Source: Phoronis australis (lineage: Eukaryota > Animalia > Phoronida). Taken from it: a DNA stretch of 64,000 bases. A program made the translations under genes and the position numbers. The notes under the pieces were generated by a model. It did no database searches. It was not told where the DNA came from and was given only the letters and a program-made list of their open reading frames with translations. The DNA lies in contig NMRA01000323.1 of NCBI GenBank assembly GCA_002633005.1, positions 141,411 through 205,410 on the forward strand. Direction: 5' to 3'. Shown in pieces: positions 50,801 to 61,800 of the stretch (the stretch's first letter is position 1; each line of letters begins with the position of its first letter).

Positions 50801-53800
50801 CAACTCAACCATAATGTTAACACTCTGACATTCATCTCTACTGAACTATTATTTGTTTGATGCTTTCATTTGAATAATATAAAATTTATTGAAATGTTAA
50901 TATTAAATAAAAATACTATGTCCATTCAGTGTTCTTCCTAATTGAGTATAATGATAAAGTGGTTTGGAAATTGAAATTTCGTTGAAATTAAAATTTTAAC
51001 TTGTCCCGACCAAGTACCTCTTCGTAAATGTTTATGAGGGAAGCATTTACTTCCAAGAAATTTCAAAAATGGGAAATACCTCCCTCATAGACATTTACAA
51101 AGAGGAAGTTGGTTGCCACATGTTAAAAATCTATTTTCAATGAAGTACAGTGCGTGCCAAAAGTATTCTGACTAAATTGCTTGAAATTCTCCATCATGAT
51201 GGCTGGGCGGAAGCCGAATTCATCGCCATAGTAACTTTCCCTCTTGATCGAAACTAAAGAGGAATTAACAGGAAGGATCTTATTAATGGCAGCTAAGCCA
51301 TTCTCTAATTGGAATTTTGCCGCCTTAATAATTAAATTATTACCACCAAAGCCTTTTTGGTGTTAACGGAATAACTGTTAGCTGTCATGCCGGGGAAGCA
51401 GTATTTTGTCTGATTAATTTTCTCTTGTAGTGTATGCTCATACTGTTATTTGAGGAATAGCTTATAATTTAGGGTTTCTCACAGCCAGGAGAGTGCTTTT
51501 ACCTATTAAAGGCCTTGTTGTATTGTGTTAGTAAAGTGATAAATTGACAAGCATTTCGTTGTCTGTGTTTTATGTGTAGAAAAGAAAAGATATTTTATGA
51601 CTCTTTTTACCACATGAAAGAAAAATATAAAATTAGGTAGATTCCCACTTTTGAGGAAGACGTATTCATTAATAGTGCTTTAAAGCACTGTTAGTATTAA
51701 ACTAGACTGGCATCACTGCTAATTCACCATACCTTGCAGTTCCTCTCCACACAAACTTTGGGTTTTTTCAAAGATGCACTGTTTATGTCTTTAGCATTTA
51801 TCAGAATGTTTCCACATTCCATCAGGTATCACGTGTGGCCCAAGGGTCACCAGCCGACGGATTACGAGAAATGGCGGGCGGCAACTACACCCTACCGCAT
51901 CCAGTGGGAGACGGACTTTGAGCCGTACGTGGTGGTCAGCAAGGCGGCTGTACCGTTATACGACGAGCGTTTCGTGGGATTTGGCTGGAACAAAGTCTCA
52001 CATATCATGGAATTGGATGTTCAAGGGTATGTTCCATAAAGCTGTTGGCGCTGGGTTAGGCTCCTTTTTGCGAGTCAGACGAGTTCACGTGTTTTTATGA
52101 GATATCGACGTGGATGTGCATTACTGGCACAGCATGTGGTCACATTAGGTGTTGCTCACGAATGTCTTTCACTGTGGGATGACTGCAAACTAAGGTGGGT
52201 CTTGGGGTTCCCCCGAGTCTGTCCACTGTCGGTCCCTCCCTGACTATGATCCTTAGTGTCACGTATATGCATTTGAAGAAATGTCAATTATTTTTGCGCA
52301 AAATAAGTGAGGAATTGCCGTATTATGTTCCCGTGGCGGATTGCGGTTTGTCATCTATCATTTTATTTACAGGTATGAGTTCATTGTACTGCCCAACGCT
52401 TTCATCATTCACATGCCTCACGCTCCCAGCTTTGACATCGCCAAGTTCCGCTCCAGTCGTGTGTACAGAGAGTGAGTATGGTTCATGTCAAGAGTAAACA
52501 CAATGTGCGCAGTCATTTTTTTAATTGCCATTAAAGACCTGTTTGTTAAAGAATTTTTGAGGATTGTTTACCGAGATCTTAAAAATTTATCACATGAATG
52601 CAAGTAATTACAGACTTTTTAGAACACTCTGTTTTGTGTTCTCTCGAGTAGAATCTTGGCAGGAAATATTTGCAAAGACTCCCATGAACACATCTAAGAA
52701 CAATTAGTAATTTTTAAATGAAAAAGTTTATTTTAATTCTCTGTCCATTTTCTGTTTTTGTTACTTTCTTTATTTGAATTCCTCTACAAGCTCTGACATA
52801 GCTTCGATTAGACTGGCCTACTTTGCTAAGAGTTAGGCATTTGTTTTTGAAATTTACAAAATTTAATGCTGTTTAACATTTACTGAAATGTGGTTGGCAA
52901 GTTGATATGTTTGCCAAATTTATTTTTGTTTGTTGTACATTTTGCATTTGGAGCAGTAACCAATAAGTTTTCTAAAACAAGAGTTACTTTGAAATGTTGA
53001 TTTAGCTAGTCTGAGCATATTTGACTGTATGTTGCATGTGCAATTTACAATTATTGTCGGCTAAGCTATATAGTTTGCACATTGGCAATGTCTCATTCAA
53101 GTAATTTTGTTGTTGTGTCATGGCTGTTGTGAAAAGGAAATCATAGGTTCAAAGGAAATTACGAACAGAGACAAACACGAAATTTGTTGTCACAATTTTA
53201 CATATTCTGGAGGAAAACAATTGTGTCGATTGTTTTGTGGAAACAACAAATTGTGTAGGCTGTGTTTAAGCAAAGTATGCCAGTTTTACTTTTTTGCTAT
53301 GAGATCCATAACTGTTTGTAATATTTATATTTTATATTTTCCTGGTATTGTATTACCATAACTCAACCAATTTAACACCCAGGGCATATAAATCAGACAG
53401 TTTAAGGGACGTCCGTTAATCTGAGCTTGGGCGTGTTCAAAATTTTTGAGAAGACGGAAGGGGTGTTTACCCAAACACTCAATTCAGTCACGCAAATGTC
53501 TCCACAATTTTTGGTGCGTAAGTATGTTGGAATGTGCTGGAATGAGGTCTTTGTTGCACAAATATCAGCAAGATGTATACGTTTTGGGAGCTATTATTCC
53601 CATGAGATGGGCATTCACCAAGACTTTAGAACATTTGAGGAGATCTCAATGTTGTACGTTGAGCGTGAACACTTATTTGGGCAATAATCTGATATAACTT
53701 GCCCGCATTTTGAGAATCAGTTTGATGCCCGTTATTGAGTGGAGAAAACTGGTTCTCAAAATTGGGGCACGCTATATCAGACCATTACGCTTACTGGAGC

Positions 53801-54569
53801 ATGGGTATTTAAAGGTGAGTGGTCCCAAATTACCTGGGCAGAGTTCATTAACACTTAATACCTAAGACCTCGCTAAAAGTAAGACTTTTCGAGATTACGT
53901 GTGATATTGCCATGTGTTTTAAATGAGAACATGGGATTGGGCTAAAGTTTAGTGAGGTCCCAGCATAGGTCCTAGCGAATACTAAGCTCTTCTCTGAAGT
54001 GTTATGTCAGTTTAAAACTGCTTAGAAACTGCGGTGGGTCACCGTTGCTCCGGAGTGGACTATGGAGACCTCGGCCACATGATAGTGAAGTAAGAATCGC
54101 AATGAGAACATCTTGCAAGTTACTGTAGGCATCTGGGAGTGACTGTTATGAATATCAACAACATTCTGTTTGTGTGATTTAATTCAGAGCCTTAAGAAAG
54201 GTCATGGTCATGCTTCCTAACCCTGTCGCTAGGATTTTGCTACGGTTTAGAACCCTGATCAATCGGGAGACCTCGTAGCTCACCATGGATAATTCCGTGA
54301 AACTGTGACTCGGGCATAAGTACAGCGTTCATCATTTCTAGCAATGTTGCCGGGCTTTGAAAAATGGGATACTGATTGTCAACTTTTAAAAAATATGGAA
54401 ATGGCTTATTTGGCAATAGTTTTGTTGCAGAATAATTTTGGGAACAAACAATTGTCTTATACCGTCTTTTTCTTAATTTAGGTGTCTAAAAATACTCAAG
54501 ACGGAGTTCCAGAAAGACTTGTCTCGAAAATACGGAGTGAAAGCCCTAAAGTACCTGTCTGTGGAGTGA
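26790..54569 (+). CDS. LARGE: LARGE xylosyl- and glucuronyltransferase (matriglycan synthase), full multi-exon CDS, about 729 aa
   Basis: 14 GT-AG exons per isoform join in frame (2190 nt once one placeholder N is removed). Order: type II TM anchor, coiled-coil stem, GT8 xylosyltransferase domain (DTD, NTGV, DQD) and GT49 glucuronyltransferase domain (DID). Closely similar to vertebrate LARGE1/2 throughout. Confidence 0.97.
29330..29590. mobile_element. hAT-like MITE, inverted relative to the 36985 copy
   Basis: CAGGGCTTGGAAT...ATTCCAAGCCCTG; interior similar to the reverse complement of the 36985 and 8137 copies. Confidence 0.65.
30570..31073. mobile_element. PIF/Harbinger-like MITE
   Basis: Imperfect TIR GGGCCTTTCATA / TATGAAAGGGCC flanked by ATA/TTA; internal repeats cagtatgaacgcttaactccggtcc. 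Confidence 0.6.
33647..34582 (+). mobile_element. HINE/DINE-1-like element, shorter copy
   Basis: Same 5' tatgcgcccacata...tatgtggacgca hairpin and 3' gtgggcgcatttcaacgctccgtgttg end, with fewer internal subunits. Confidence 0.8.
36090..36204 (+). CDS. LARGE: LARGE coding exon 2 (coiled-coil stem)
   Basis: ttttgcag acceptor; [38 protein letters not shown] resembles human [22 protein letters not shown]; AG|gtaaag. Confidence 0.92.
36985..37221. mobile_element. hAT-like MITE (CAGGGCTTGGAAT TIR)
   Basis: TIR with one mismatch; flanks CAGATC / TAGATC. Confidence 0.65.
37974..38118 (+). CDS. LARGE: LARGE coding exon 3 (stem)
   Basis: ctttcag acceptor; [12 protein letters not shown]...DVPKCQ; CAA|gtatgt; phases 2 and 0 fit both neighbours. 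Confidence 0.88.
38772..39074 (+). CDS. LARGE: LARGE coding exon 4 (GT8 domain start)
   Basis: [39 protein letters not shown]...[20 protein letters not shown]; 303 nt, phase 0/0. Confidence 0.97.
40078..40239 (+). CDS. LARGE: LARGE coding exon 5 (DxD motif DTD)
   Basis: [18 protein letters not shown]...[24 protein letters not shown]; ccacag acceptor, gtgagt donor. Confidence 0.97.
40662..40793 (+). CDS. LARGE: LARGE alternative exon 6A (candidate mutually exclusive exon)
   Basis: 132 nt, phase 0/0; [44 protein letters not shown]; actcag acceptor, weak gtccga donor. Confidence 0.9.
41638..41769 (+). CDS. LARGE: LARGE alternative exon 6B (candidate mutually exclusive exon; not in the ORF track)
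   Basis: 132 nt, phase 0/0; [44 protein letters not shown]; CACTAAC branch point at 41601-41607, T tract, gcag acceptor, weak gtgcaa donor. Confidence 0.93.
43447..45547. repeat. About 1.05-kb near-identical tandem duplication (43447-44495 and 44497-45547) around N at 44496
   Basis: Copies abut the single N exactly and differ by scattered substitutions and small indels. Likely a haplotype assembly artefact. Confidence 0.9.
46359..46484 (+). CDS. LARGE: LARGE coding exon 7
   Basis: [42 protein letters not shown]; tttcag / gtgggt. Confidence 0.97.
47001..47251. repeat. 24-bp minisatellite, about 10 copies
   Basis: Unit gaca(c/g)tgtgaaccaagcataaata, intronic in LARGE. Confidence 0.95.
47979..48137 (+). 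CDS. LARGE: LARGE coding exon 8
   Basis: [42 protein letters not shown]...; tttcag / gtaggt. Confidence 0.97.
49012..49320 (+). CDS. LARGE: LARGE coding exon 9 (GT49 domain start)
   Basis: [16 protein letters not shown]...[45 protein letters not shown]...YHVVYKDG; ttgcag / gtgggt. Confidence 0.97.
49624..49777 (+). CDS. LARGE: LARGE coding exon 10 (DID motif; contains a placeholder N at 49697)
   Basis: [51 protein letters not shown]; in frame (153 nt) if the N is removed; gtgagt donor. Confidence 0.93.
49863..50183. mobile_element. hAT-like MITE (CAGGGCTTGGAAT TIR)
   Basis: Perfect 13-bp TIR flanked by ACACAA on both sides; CpG-rich ttccgc repeats inside. Confidence 0.75.
50566..50672 (+). 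CDS. LARGE: LARGE coding exon 11
   Basis: [36 protein letters not shown]; atccag / gtaaat. Confidence 0.96.
50978..51144. repeat. About 70-bp-arm imperfect inverted repeat (fold-back MITE-like)
   Basis: cctcttcgtaaatgtttatgaggga pairs with tccctcatagacatttacaaagagg, extending outward on both sides. Confidence 0.8.
51826..52026 (+). CDS. LARGE: LARGE coding exon 12
   Basis: [37 protein letters not shown]...[23 protein letters not shown]; phase 2/2. Confidence 0.97.
52373..52471 (+). CDS. LARGE: LARGE coding exon 13
   Basis: [32 protein letters not shown]; tttacag / gtgagt. Confidence 0.96.
53688..53781. mobile_element. Short fold-back MITE
   Basis: 36-bp imperfect inverted arms tctgatata...ttttgagaatcagttt / aaactggttctcaaaa...tatatcaga; the core also occurs at 36238-36292. 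Confidence 0.65.
54482..54569 (+). CDS. LARGE: LARGE last coding exon
   Basis: [28 protein letters not shown] resembles human [28 protein letters not shown]; followed by a second TGA. Confidence 0.95.
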
Positions 54570-57217
54570 TGATCTGCAACTCTTGAAACAAAGAATGCTA
54601 GTGATGGGTAACATCTGATGTACCAACAGAGGGAGCCACACAGACTGGAATACACTATAATCGAACCAATCAGGCTAAAGCCTGTCAATAGGTGGCGAGC
54701 TGGCACTGACTGAGGCAAGGAAAAGCTGACTATCGTATCATACCTATATTGGTGACTAGGACAATTCAGTTCAACAAGTACAGGCATTTATTGCAATTTT
54801 AACGCAGAGGCCATTTCACATAAGTCACTTCGGAAGTAAGAAGCGTTGGCATTGATTGACTTAGTTCAGCAGAGTGTACGAAAGCTTATAAATATCTGGA
54901 AGATTCAGCTTTTATCAGATTTCTTGCACCGATACAGAGGCTGACTTAGAAGTAGAAAGCACAAAATGCTGTTATTTCTTTGCACTATTTTGATGGAAAC
55001 TTTCACTTTTGCCCGGCTCGTCCACTAAGTCGTGGAAAATCTACCAAATTTGTGACCGATCATTTATGAGAGCATGTTGTCTTCTATTGAAAATTGTTGC
55101 CATTGTTGCAATCGATGTTAAACTTTGTTACTACTCTTGCTTTTGTGACATGGTTGATTAAGAATGGTTATTTTTTGCAAAATTTTGATATATTAAGCTT
55201 CCATTCTTTTTTAAACAAAAAGTGACTTCTTTAGTTAGTTACAAAATAATACAATGAGGATCATTCCATCGTCATAAGTCACAAAATGTTTCGCTGGAGG
55301 GCTTATTTTGATCCGTGTGCAGGTACTTCTTAGAAGAACAAGGAACTATTCTATAAAAGGTTGTCAAATGTTAAAAAACTCTGGTAGGCCTTAGTAAAAG
55401 GTTATTGTGTCTTCCATTATCTAGCCTAGACATAGTAAGCTGCAGGTCGTATTTGTGACCTAAAATTCGAAACTGCGAGCCGAGATTTGAGCCAGTTAGC
55501 AGTAGTCACATGCGTGCGTCTTGGAAATTCCAACTCACGCGAGTCATGTTTTTTAACACCTCCTTCAGTAAGCGACTAACATGTCACACGTGACTGATTG
55601 GGACAGCAAAATATTTATCATTTTGTTCAAGGTCGGAGCATGTACTAAATTTTAGAAATAGGCAGTTATACTTTCTGTACCAAATTCAAGAGTTGGGATC
55701 AAGGACAATCATTTGCCTTGATGATTCACTTTATTTGGAGGCATGAAAATGTTGCGTTGATGACTATTTTCGACAAATTTGAAGAAAAGAATAGTCTGTT
55801 ATGAGGCTTTGTCAATAGAAAAATGTAGTGTCCAATATTTCAGAAATATGAGAGCCAATATTGCTTGTGTCCCAATCTTCAGTATCGAGAAAATTGAATT
55901 CAGGTTTGAATTTTGGTGTCCCAAAATTTAGAAACTGTCCCAAACTGGAGAATTTTTACCCTAATCAGTTGACTTACAGGTACTAATCAATGTGAAAAAA
56001 CATTAACAAGTCAGATATCCATGACAACGGCGCTCATTTTTGGATTTTTTTAACATGCAATATTTTGGAAACTGGGAACTATGAGTGCAACATAGGTTCT
56101 AAACATGTGATGCGGAGTTTTAGCCAGTCGCAAATGACAACCTGTCAATTTTCATAGTATTGAGGGCTGATTATATTTATTGGGTTCTTGTTTGGACCAG
56201 AGGGTAGTGTCCTGCACTGAATGTACAGTGGGGAGAATTCAAATCATTACATGGAAACCTACTCAGTACATGTACGATTTTTTTCTGAAGGGATTACTTG
56301 TTTGACAGTTCATTAACTGTAACTCCAAATGTAGGTACACAAAAATACTGCTTTTTTGTCACCAAAGCATACTAGTCATCCGTGATAATTGTGACCTGTC
56401 ATGGTTTCATTTTGGGATATTGAATGGTGAAGTTTGTTGAAAAACACCTTAGGCACGGAAGCATATATCTCTTGTTTGTTCTCTTCATTGTCTTTTTGAT
56501 AATCTTAGACAGAATGTAGAGCTAGAATCGTTAATGTCATAATCTGTTAAGTAGGAACTGGAATTATGAGCATAATTATTTGTATAAGTGAAGAACGTAT
56601 TTATTTGCATAGAATAATATTTTTAAAACTAATGTTGCTTTCGTCAGGTGGCTGTTGTTTTTATGAAGCCATCTGTCTTCGTAAACTTATTTATGTCATT
56701 GGAGTAGTATGAAGTTAATTTTTTGTCCACCTACATACCATATATAAGCATATTTAGGCTCTTTGCCTGAATGTGAAGCTGTGCCTATATCTGGAGTAAG
56801 GCACATGCTCCTATTTTTGAAAAGCGTAAAACCAAGAAGCAATATTCTAAAATAGCATATGAGTGGATCTAGTTCTATCTATTGCAAGATGGTTGATATT
56901 GACTGGCGTCCATTTCAACATTAACTCTTTATGGTTAGGTGGGACCCTAGAAAAATGTTTGAATTTGGCTCAGAAAACTGAGAATTTACAGATATTTGGT
57001 ACTTCACAATTTTCCTTTGAATGTAGGTGCAAGCATAGAGTATGTATATATTAATCACTGGCTGCGTTCATGTAGATTGTAATGACTCAGTAGCTTTGTT
57101 GTTTCATCTAGTTTGCTAGGCACCTTGAGATCGTGTACATATGCTGGAGCTGAAAGGAAGTTGGTGCCTTGTCCCCCGGCAAGTCTAACTAACTTCAAGT
57201 GTCTGTTTCTCCACAAC

Positions 57218-57365
57218 GGTGGATCTAGGATTTTTAAAAGGGGTGGTCGGATCAAGGATTTTTTAAAAAGGGTGTCCAAGTCAACGATTAGAAAATGTGA
57301 GATTTGATATCATTAAAATTAAGTGAAGAAGGGGTCCATACCCCCTTGATCCCCCTGGATCCACC
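57218..57365. mobile_element. Small inverted-repeat element in the LARGE 3' UTR
   Basis: GGTGGATCTAGG ... CCTGGATCCACC termini with G/C-run interior. Confidence 0.55.
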
Positions 57366-58862
57366 TATGAATTATTGTATGTCTCATTTTGTTGATATGT
57401 GTTCGATATAAACTAATTCCACGTTTGCCAAATTAGTGGGAAGTAATGGGAATGGGCTGAAATACGATTTTAATTCCACTTTTTAAAATAATGGCTAGGC
57501 CATTAAACCTGCTTAATATTGCAAGTGTTGATTACAATGGCATTTTAAAATCATTTTTTCTGGCTCATTCGTTGCGCAAAATGGCCCAAATTCCCTGTCA
57601 TGGCGACTGGACAGAAGCCAAATTCTTCAGCAGAAGTGTTTTCTCTCGTGACCCAGAATTCCCTGTCATGATGGCTGGGTGGAAGCTGAATTCATCGTCA
57701 GAGTAGTCTCCCCTGATGACCATTAGAGTAGTCTCCCCTGATGACCAAGAATGAAGGGGAATTAACAGGAAAGTTAGTAAGCTAGCTTTGCCATTCTGTA
57801 ATTGGAATTTTGCCCCCAAAATTGTATACTAGTGGTTTTCCCTATCGCCTTCAAGACCAGGAAAATATATTTTGTCTAAATACTTTTGTGTTATACTGTA
57901 GGATTATTTGTGTTGTATTCATCTTCTGCATAGTAGCTCAGCTTGTTAATAGTGAAATTAGTTCCCAGGTCTTAACTCTAAGAAAGACATCTTGAACAAA
58001 TTGACTTAGAGGTGCCAAAGAACAAACACGTTTAATGCATTTTAAGGTTGCATTTCTGGAGGTTGTGAACAAATTGACAATCCTGTGAGTAAAATGAGAG
58101 AACATTGTATTTATTGTATTTTTATCAAGTGTACTGGTTAACCAGGGCCAAAAACAGTCCAGGTATGCTGTGGCTGTGGTCAAGTGTTATGCTTGTGTAT
58201 ACAGTTAATATTTATATTTCCCCTAGCCCCTCTTATAGTGACTAGCCAACACTGTGTGGCACTTGACTGAGACTGAAATGCCCATTCGCATCATGTGGGA
58301 TTTGAAAGTTTTCTCAAAGCCAGTCACAAGTGCAGTTTCATGGATGCTTTCTCAGGCTTGTCTGTTCAATCTGATGACATCATCTTCTTTGCTATCCCTT
58401 TCCTGGTAAAAAATTACACCTCTTATGCAGTACAAAACTCGCATAAATTCCGAGGTGCCGTTTTGTTCTACTTTCAGTTGGCCTTCCGGCCCTTCTGAAA
58501 AGTCGGACGAAATCTCTAGGTCTGGTTGGATCCGCTGCTTTGTTTCAGGTTTTGTTTATTAACAAAAGCAGCTAAGCTTTTTCTATGTAAAATGCTAACC
58601 TGATTGTTAGTCGTTTATCATGGACACATGTGAATCCGGCCTGTTGACGAAACTCCGCTGTAGGTAATGATTATTTATTCAGTTTTTTGTTGAACGACGC
58701 TAGTTCATTGACATCAGTTCGACAGTAGTGTTAGCAGTTCTCAGGTGTTCAAGGTTCGATTCTTCTATGAAGAAATTAGTCTTCCTTGTTCAAACTTTTC
58801 TAGATAGAATTGTCAGTGGCATGTTTTCTGCATTACTTGATAATGTAAGTTGACTGTAATCC

Positions 58863-58868
58863 AATAAA
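58863..58868 (+). terminator. Probable polyadenylation signal of LARGE (3' UTR about 4.3 kb)
   Basis: First AATAAA I found after the stop codon; followed by T/GT-rich sequence and then a repeat-rich region. Confidence 0.5.
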
Positions 58869-61800
58869 GATTTTTGTACATTTATTCATTCTCCATTTTG
58901 AGTTTCTTAAGTCCGTGGGTAAATTATGCTTGCATAGTTGGCCTAAATTAGACGTCTGGTTTCTTTAGTATAAAGCTAGGTCGGGGCGTATGCGCATTAC
59001 AACCAGCTAGTCAGATCAGGCCTGTGTTCCATAGACCCAAAATAATCGCGAGAATATATAATGTGGTCGCGTGCTTCGGCTGGATATGCATGGCGATATC
59101 TCGCGAAGACTTCGTGAATCTCTTGCATGTACGGAACGTAGTCCAGGGTCGGCCTGGCTGGAATTATTTTGGGTGCTCTCGTTTTGTATTCATCTTTCTT
59201 AACACACATCAAGCACACCAAGAGAAGCCAGGTTTGGTCCGGATTCAGAGTCTCAAGAAGTGAGTTTGCTAGGAGGACTTTTCCAGTGAAGCTTACGCGC
59301 GCACCCAGCCCCCTCCCCTCAGAGAAACAAAACGTCCGAAAAAACGAGACAAAAGTTCACTAAAAGGGCGTAGACGCACAGTTCTGAAGGTGGCACCCTG
59401 TTTTTTTTTTGTTATTTTAGTTTCTNCCCCCCCCCCCCCCCATATCGAAGGCTGGGTTCGCGTATGGTGGTAGTATATGTACATGTAGTTGAATGTCAAT
59501 TTAACTGAGTACCAGGTCTAGTCCTAAATTTTTAGTCTAGGTGCTTACTGCAAATAGCAATAGTAGGGTTTGACACTGACGGAAGGAACACGTTTACCTT
59601 CATGTCTTTGCTAATGAATCGTACTTCAGCCATAATTAATTTTAAGCTTTTGATAGGTAGGCCGAAGTATATTACCCGGCATTCCGGACGTAATGCGTTC
59701 ATAGTTTCCGCTCTATGAAACGCGTGCATTTCACTCGATCGTACTGAAGTGCACGTGTGGATATCATGGCAAAGGTCCCTGAAACATCGCTCGTGTCGTG
59801 TCTGTCCAGACTCTCAATGATACATGTACGTCATGCAGAACACGCTCACATATTGTAATGTCACACCCTCTGTATGCCCATTTTATGGGAAGCTCTGCCG
59901 CGGTGTAGCCTTAGTGCACTTTAAAAGCGGCATCTGAAAATGAAAGACCAATAATACAAAATTTTGGATGACAAAATACTACTATGACTTGAATAGAAAA
60001 GTTTGCTTTGAGATTTCTCTGGAATATAGCACTGTGCTGTTTGTTGACCAGTGTGATAACAGTGACGGATCTAGGATATCACAAGGGGGCCCAACATTTT
60101 GTCTGTAAACATTTGCTCAAAGCACGAATGTATATGCGCATAGCACCGAATGGGGGGAGGTCGGGAGGGGGGGTTTCGGTTTTTTCCTCTAACAATCAAT
60201 CATATTTCAATTTCGTCCTTTTGAGGAGGTTTACATAAAAGAAAAACTGGATGAAGTAAACAATGATAATATACGGGTATATGGTGGTGGTATGGCCATG
60301 GCATGAAAAACTCAACAGTTTTCTTCTACATGATAGTCTTTACCCGTACATGTAGCAGTGTAGTAGAATTTGCGACACGAGGAACTCGGTTTCAAACGTC
60401 TGGGTTTTAAAATTTTTAACGTAAGGTTTGCCGACATAAATTACCCTCGCAATCCGGGCGTACTAAAGAATGCCTGCATGGTTCCTTCTATGGAACGCGT
60501 GTGTTTTATATTCGTTCGCACCGAAGTACATGTACACGCATAGATATGGCAATCGTCCCAGAAACATTACTCGAGTCGTGTCAGTCCGGAAATCAATGAG
60601 AACACGCTCAAATTTCTGTCCCGTCACGTATGGTCTTTGTAGCCAAAGCCCAGTAGTAGGAAATGGAATGTACATGTACATGCAGATGCGAGACAAATAG
60701 TTTGAGGTCGATAGCGCAGCCGGCACAGGGCTTCGAGAGGGCCACTGGTACAAAGCTTTCATAATTATTTTGGAACAGACAAAACAGGACTGAGTGTCAT
60801 TCACCAGAAATAAAATCCATTCAAAATACTTACAGTGAGAGCTCGAAAGCCCTATTCGGAGAAATGAAATCAATATGGCCGCTGTTCGAGACTGGGCTTT
60901 CAAGGCAGTCAGGCCGGTAAAAACTTCGGTTACAGATTTACAGTTCGAGACTTATACATATTACTTGACACTAACGTGGTTAGAAAATTTAACCGCGGTT
61001 CAATGAAAGACTAAAATCGGCAATCACAAATGTCAGTGCTGAAATAAGAAGGACTGTCCGCCATAACATACAAAATCACTACTATCTAATGTATATGATG
61101 TCAACTGATCAACGTCTTCCACTGATGGCATCACGTAGCGGAAACCACAAAAATCATTAAATTTTCTTAAAAATTCAAATTTGTCAACTATTTCCCAAAA
61201 TAAGTGTTACTTTAGTTGAATTTTATGTTATGAAATTACACTACACTTTTAAGATTATGAGTGACCCTAGAAATGTCCAAATTTGGCCAAATACTGAACA
61301 TGCATGTCAGAAATGGCAGAACAGATTCATATGAAAGTCCGAGATACAAGTACCGCCAACGAATTCTTCAGTAGATTTCGGCTGGGTCTGCCTCACGGCT
61401 AGCCAGACTGCAGCGTAACTGGAACGCAGGTGTGAGCGAAACCAGTCACGGCCCTTCTCACGTTTACTCAATGACAGCGTTTTCCCGTTCAGTGACTTTA
61501 CCACTGAGACGTAGGGGGTTCTGAGGGTGTGATAACATCTAGCTTCTTTGTTAACTGCCAAACACACTCTTTTGTCTGTTATATGACAATAAGCAGGCCA
61601 ATTATCTACCAGGCTTATTACAGACACAGTCAAACCCAGAGTGAATTGGTGTATTCGGAAAGAATAGATTGCGTAACTTCGGTTGCAGTTGGGCAATGAT
61701 GGGGATTCAAAAACTATCATTCGACGAAGATTTCAGAAATACTATTGGCTTATGTTCAAATATGTTAAAACTTAACTTTTATTTTTAACAGCGCAATCCA

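Noticed and set aside
54567-54572. Stop-codon readthrough or selenocysteine at the TGA
   Set aside because: Immediately followed by a second TGA, and the C-terminus already matches homologue length.
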